Positions 1-64,000 of a stretch of DNA of 64,000 bases are shown here, piece after piece (position 1 is the first letter of the stretch; each line of letters opens with the position of its first letter). The notes under the pieces were generated by a model. That model had not been told where the DNA came from. It did not search any database and saw only the letters and a program-made list of their open reading frames with translations. Source of the DNA: Macrostomum lignano. Lineage: Eukaryota. The position numbers were made by a program, and so were the translations under genes. Where the stretch lies: the NCBI GenBank assembly GCA_002269645.1, contig NIVC01000023.1:186001-250000 (forward strand), given 5' to 3'.

Positions 1-886
1 GAGAGGTGAGAGAGGGAGATTAGAGAAGTGAGAGGTGAGAGTAGGAGATTAGAAAACGGAGAGGTGAGAGAGGGAGATTAGACAGGAGAATTTACACCCT
101 GCAGATTCTCAGAGAGCACATTGCACACTTCTTTCGTTAAACCGCAAATTCTCAAATTTAAAAACAAACTTCAGCCCTGCAAATCCTACAACTTCAACCG
201 CGTACATGGAACCTGAGACTTCAACTGCGAGCATTGAGGCCACTGCTCACTGGCCAGACGACAATGTCACCGACTTTGTCACACCTTCACCGAGTTCTGA
301 TTGGTCGAACGAGACTCAAAGCTACATTACGCTGAGACTTTTTGGCGGTGGAACAGCGCTATCCCCAAACTTGCAGCTTCTTTTCATCAGCAAAATCTTA
401 GTTGCCATGCTTGCTGTGTACGAATATAACTTGTTTATTGATTTTGCTTTCATTTGAGCACCTGGCCATTTCTAGGAAACTTTAATGTTGTGCGCAGTCT
501 TTCATCCTGAAATACCATGGATTGTTATGATTGTGTAACATCGTAAAATATATTTAGTCTACAAGTGTTTTGGTGAAATTCCATATGCCTTAAAAACTGC
601 TTCCCAAAAATTAGATCTGTTACACCTATTTTTCCTGACTTGCTTAACTTTTCTCCGAATTTAAATCCATGCGAAAATTTGGAAAGTTTTAACTTTCGTT
701 TAATTAAATAAACAAATAAAACAAATAATTTAAATAATTAAATAAACAAACTGCGGATCAAATTGAATGTTTTTGAAGTAAAATTTATCATGAATGATTT
801 AAACTGACGAGCTACTATAAGTAGAAATAAACAAAAAACTTACTTTAAGTGCATTTTTTAAAAGGTGCCCATTTTAGATGGTTTTC

Positions 887-1087
887 GATGATGCTGGCTA
901 ATGTCAGATGATGCTGGGTGATGCTGGGTGATGCTGGATTATGACGGATGATGCTGGGTGATGCCGGATGATGCTTCGTGATGCTGGATGATGCCGGATG
1001 ATGCTGGGTGATGCCGGATAATGCTGGGTGATGCTGAATGATGCTGTGTAATGCTGAATGATGCTGGGTGATGCTGGGTGATGCTAG
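887..1087. repeat. 10-bp tandem repeat (GATGCTGGGT/GATGCTGAAT)
   Basis: Directly visible. Confidence 0.9.
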
Positions 1088-1539
1088 ATAATCTGATATT
1101 TAAAGAAAACATCTGGTTCATTATATGATGCAATAAAAGCTACGCTTGAGAACTGGAGGCTAAAAGAATAAATATTTTTTATGCCCTATTTTTCGAAAAT
1201 TGTTGACAAGCCAGGTAATAAGTTTTTTTCGTACTATTATCTTCCTTGAACTTGAGCTGGAAAAGGTCAACATATTCGTGTCACTGCTCCATCAAAATCG
1301 TGCTCAAGAGGTGAGCACAAAAGCTAGGAACACTCCAAGCTAGGTTAGTTGAAACCGTATTGAGTGCATTTTGTTGTTTTATGGGCCGAGCATTTCTATA
1401 AAAACCGCCTACGCTGGTAGGCTGACCTTTGAGCTGGACTTTCGCGCGAATGCTTTCAGTCAAGTGCTTCAGAATGCTTCAGGCATGAAGGGTCAAGTTT
1501 AGGAAAAAGTTATTTCTATTGGCTGTTGCTGAGGGGATG

Positions 1540-3265
1540 CCCTTTGGGGGCGCTTTGGGTGGCGCCTTGGGTAGCGCTTTTAGTGGCGCTCTGGGGGCGC
1601 TTTTAGTGGCGCTTTGGGTGGCGCTTTGGGTGGCGCTTTAGGTGGCCCCTTGTGGGTGCTTTTGTGGTGCTTTGGGTGGCGCTTTGGGTGGCGCTCTGGG
1701 GGGGGGGGGCGCTTTGGGGGCGCTTTGGGTGGCGCTTTGGGTGACGCTTTGGGTGGCGCTCTGGGGGCGCTTTGGGTGGCGCTTTGGGTGACGCTTTGGG
1801 TGGCGCTCTGGGGGGGCGCTTTGGGTGGCGCTTTGGGTGACGCTTTGGGTGGCGCTCTGGGGGGCACTTTGGGTGGCGCTCTGGGGGGCGCTTTGGGTGG
1901 CGCTTTGGGGGGCGCTTTGGGTGGCGCTTTGGGTGACGCTTTGGGTGGCGCTCTGGGGGGCGCTTTGGGTGGCGCTTTGGGTGACGCTTTGGATGGCGCT
2001 CTGGGGGGCGCTTTGGGTGGCGCTTTGGGTGACGCTTTGGGTGGCGCTCTGGGGGGCGCTTTGGGTGGCGCTCTGGGGGGCGCTTTGGGTGGCGCTTTGG
2101 CGGGCGCTTTGGGTGGCGCTTTGGGTGGAGCTTTGGGGGGCGCTTTGGGGGGCGCTTTGGGTGGCGCTCTGGGGGGCGCTTTGGGTGGCGCTTTGGGTGG
2201 CGCTTTGGGTGGCGCTTTGGGTGACGCTTTGGGTGGCACTCTGGGTGGCGCTTTGGGTGGCGCTCTGGGTGGCGCTTTGGGTGGCGCTTCAGGTGGCCCC
2301 TTGTGGGCGCTTTTGTGGTGTTTTGGGTGGCGCTTTGGGTGGCGCTCTGGGGGGCGCTTTGGGTGGCGCTCTGGGGGGCGCTTTGGGTGGCGCTTTGGGT
2401 GGCGCTTTGGGTGGCGCTTTGGGTGGCGCTCTGGGTGGCGCTTTGGGTGGCGCTTCAGGTGGCCCCTTGTGGGCGCTTTTGTGGTGTTTTGGGTGGCGCT
2501 TTGGGTGGCGCTCTGGGGGGCGCTTTGGGTGGCGCTTTGGGTGGCGCTTTGGGTGGCGCTTTGGGTGGCGCTTTGGGTGGCGCTTTGGGTGGCGCTTTGG
2601 GCGGCACTTTGGATGGCGCTCTGGGTGGCGCTTTGGGCGGCGCTTTGGGTGGCGCTCTGGGGGGCGCTTTGGGTGGCGCTTTGGGTGGCGCTCTGGGGGG
2701 GCGCTTTGGGTGGCGCTTTGGGTGGCGCTTTGGGTGGCGCTTTGGGGGGGCGCTTTGGGTGGCGCTTTGGGTGGAGCTTTGGGGGGCGCTTTGGGGGGCG
2801 CTTTGGGTGGCGCTCTGGGGGGCGCTTTGAGTGGCGCTCTGGGTGGCGCTTTGGGTGGAGCTTTGGGGGGCGCTTTGGGTGGCGCTTTGGGTGGAGCTTT
2901 GGGGGGCGCTTTGGGGGGCGCTTTGGGTGGCGCTCTGGGGGGCGCTTTTAGTGGCGCTTTGGGTGGCGCTTTGGGTGGAGCTTTGGGGGGCGCTTTGGGT
3001 GGCGCTTTGGGTGGCGCTCTGGGGGGCGCTTTGAGTGGCGCTCTGGGTGGCGCTTTGGGTGGCGCTCTGGGGTGCGCTTTGGGTGGCGCTTTGGGTGGCG
3101 CTTCAGGTGGCCCCTTGTGGGCGCTTTTGTGGTGTTTTGGGTGGCGCTTTGGGTGGCGCTCTGGGGGGCGCTTTGAGTGGCGCTCTGGGTGGCGCTTTGG
3201 GTGGCGCTTGGGTGGCGCTCTGGGGGGGTGCTTTGGGTGGCGTTTCGGGTGGCGCTCTGGGTGGC
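1540..3265. repeat. G-rich 12-bp minisatellite (GGCGCTTTGGGT)n with a recurring variant block
   Basis: Directly visible; source of the GGAL/PPKA pseudo-ORFs. Confidence 0.97.
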
Positions 3266-3835
3266 TCATTATGAGCGGAAAAGAAGTTGCTTCCGTTGCG
3301 CTGTTAAATAAACAGTTTATCTGGCCTGGTCGACCTTTGCAATCCGAAGAAGCAGGTATTTTTTAATGATTTTTTGCTTCCAAAAAAGCTACAAATATTA
3401 ATCGCCCTCTGTTCGTGTATTGTACTCAGCCTAATGAGAACAGGACTCTTAGATCTGCTTTTGCCAGAATCTGGAACTCGAGCACTCACGGACGTTGCAT
3501 TTCCGTACTGAAGAAAAAATTTGAGTTTTCTAAGAACTCACCATACTGTTATCTGCGAAAGCAGAAAAATGAAGAAGCGGGCAAGGAGGATTTTCTCTTT
3601 TTTATCTAGCAATCCTTGCCTGGGGCTTTGGGATTCCAAAAGACTTCCTCAACTTGAGCGCAAAAATCAAGCCAGTTAAGAGTTCACGCGGCGTCTCCTT
3701 AGAGACTGAAGGCCAGAAGTTTGATTGACGGGGATAGACAGGCTGGCAGATTTGTATCGACCATAGACAGTGCGGCATTCTCCAGTTCCTTGCTCTGTTT
3801 AGGCTTCCTTGGCTGCTTCTGGAAATTCAAGTTCG

Positions 3836-4599
3836 TGTCTGTTCTATTGCCTGTCTTTTATAGTGTCTGTCCTATTGCCTGTCTTTCAGTGTCTGTCCTA
3901 TTGCCTGTCTTTCAGTGTCTGTCCTATTGCCTGTCTTTCGGTGTCTGTCCTATTGCCTGTCTTTCGGTGTCTGTCCTATTGCCTGTCTTTTATAGTGTCT
4001 GTCCTATTGCCTGTCTTTCAGTGTCTGTCCTATTGCCTGTCTTTCAGTGTCTGTCCTATTGCCTGTCTTTCGGTGTCTGTCCTATTGCCTGTCTTTCAGT
4101 GTCTGTCCTATTGCCTGTCTTTTATAGTGTCTGTCCTATTGCCTGTCTTTCAGTGTCTGTCCTATTGCCTGTCTTTCAGTGTCTGTCCTATTGCCTGTCT
4201 TTCAGTGTCTGTCCTATTGCCTGTCTTTCGGTGTCTGTCCTATTGCCTGTCTTTCAGTGTCTGTCCTATTGCCTGTCTTTCGGTGTCTGTCCTATTGCCT
4301 GTCTTTCAGTGTCTGTCCTATTGCCTGTCTTTTATAGTGTCTGTCCTATTGCCTGTCTTTTATAGTGTCTGTCCTATTGCCTGTCTTTCAGTGTCTGTCC
4401 TATTGCCTGTCTTTCAGTGTCTGTCCTATTGCCTGTCTTTCGGTGTCTGTCCTATTGCCTGTCTTTCAGTGTCTGTCCTATTGCCTGTCTTTCGGTGTCT
4501 GTCCTATTGCCTGTCTTTCAGTGTCTGTCCTATTGCCTGTCTTTCAGTGTCTGTCCTATTGCCTGTCTTTCAGTGTATGTCCTATTGCCTGTCTTTCAG

Positions 4600-4647
<48 letters not shown>

Positions 4648-4655
4648 GGTCTGTC
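3836..4655. repeat. 26-bp minisatellite (GTGTCTGTCCTATTGCCTGTCTTTCA)n grading into (TCTG)n
   Basis: Directly visible. Confidence 0.97.
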
Positions 4656-5016
4656 TATCTGTTTTCCTTTCAACTATTGAAAAAACTCAATAGCTTAAAT
4701 TAAGTAATTGAAAATTGTGAAGCTTCATTCTTCTGTTCAAATTTTCCCTTAAAAAATAAAGCAGAAGATACAAAGAAGCCCTCAATCCCAAAGCCGTCCA
4801 GAAAGCACTTGCTTTTGTTAAAATCAACTGAGGTCGTAAAAAAGGTCTCAGAATCCGGTTCCAGAGCATTTCAAACTTTCTCAATTGAAAGCCAATTAAC
4901 AAAAAATGAACTTTCAAATAACTGCAGGCTTTTTAGTTTGAATCATACGACTCATATGTCTGTGCTTAGTAACCATTTGTATTGTAATAAGCTGAATGCT
5001 GGTGCAGCCAGCCCTG

Positions 5017-5041
5017 ATTGGTTGGCGCGATTTCAGCCAAT
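5017..5041. promoter_or_regulatory. Pair of oppositely oriented CCAAT boxes upstream of the ITPR start codon
   Basis: ATTGG at 5017-5021 and CCAAT at 5037-5041, about 170-190 nt upstream of the putative ATG (5210). Confidence 0.35.
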
Positions 5042-5209
5042 GAGAGACAGAGAGAGCAGAGCTGTTTCTAAAAAAACTGATCGTGGTCCGATTGAAAAGC
5101 TGGTGTAAATCCGAGAAAAATTGGAACTAGTTTATTCTGGTTTATCGTTTCAACTAGAGAAATTCAGACAACTAGAGTAATAGTTTTATTTATTAATTTC
5201 TAACAAATA

Positions 5210-63612
<58,403 letters not shown>

Positions 63613-63769
63613 GTGAGTTCCGGAAAAAGAAGATAGACATTTTTCTGGACCGTGCTTAGATAGACTTCTGCATTATTAACCCGACATTGTGAAAGCACAA
63701 CTGTAGCAGTTGCTGAGCAATTTTTCTCGCACATTTTCTCTTTTGCCCCCCTAATTTACTCTGTTGCAG

Positions 63770-63790
63770 ACTCAGACCCCTATGGAAGAG
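63770..63790 (+). CDS. Candidate 21-nt symmetric (phase 1-1) micro-exon (DSDPYGR)
   Basis: Long polypyrimidine tract + TTGCAG acceptor and strong G|GTATGT donor; in frame after exon 38. Confidence 0.5.
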
Positions 63791-64000
63791 GTATGTTCCA
63801 CCGGATGAAATTGTCACACTTCACCTGCCTGTGAACTAGTAGAAAACAAACAAATTTTATTTTGACTAGTACGAGCTAGATTACCAGATGTGATGCTTAT
63901 GTCTAGGACTCTAGATGATTGTTGACGCACCTGAGGAACTTTAAGATACCTGAGGTCCGACAGGTCCTAAGATGCTCTGGTCCAGAACTTCCACCATCCA

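Noticed and set aside
1580-3366. Long ORFs (PPKA, GGAL, WVAL repeats) as collagen/extensin-like proteins
   Set aside because: They are open in several frames on both strands purely because the 12-bp unit lacks stops, and there is no non-repetitive coding flank.
1215-4920. Possible additional gene upstream of ITPR (exon-like stretches near 1215-1310, 3600-3830 and 4700-4900)
   Set aside because: I found no recognisable homology and could not build a phase-consistent exon chain.

Overview
This is eukaryotic (metazoan) genomic DNA, not prokaryotic. One large + strand gene dominates the window, a divergent inositol 1,4,5-trisphosphate receptor (ITPR)-family Ca2+-release channel. I reconstructed it by hand as 38 GT-AG exons from 5210 to 63612 (about 6.48 kb CDS, about 2160 aa). 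It covers the suppressor/MIR region, both RIH domains and the RIH-associated domain; the transmembrane pore lies beyond the window end. Splice phases are consistent at every junction except exon 10, which is 1 nt short (probable homopolymer error). Most long ORFs in the supplied track are translations of tandem repeats. Almost every long intron holds its own private mini/microsatellite, including a roughly 17.6 kb, 32-bp satellite filling intron 9. There is also a complete tRNA-derived SINE with an 18-bp TSD plus two related fragments, an internally deleted Tc1/mariner-type element with 30-bp TIRs, and a 100-codon coding-like ORF nested in intron 30. The most unusual pattern is that several intronic repeat units echo the sequence of the neighbouring exon, and many carry AG|GT (acceptor+donor) junctions on the sense strand. 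The repeat-laden introns and GC-rich exons suggest a lophotrochozoan such as a Macrostomum-like flatworm (inference only).
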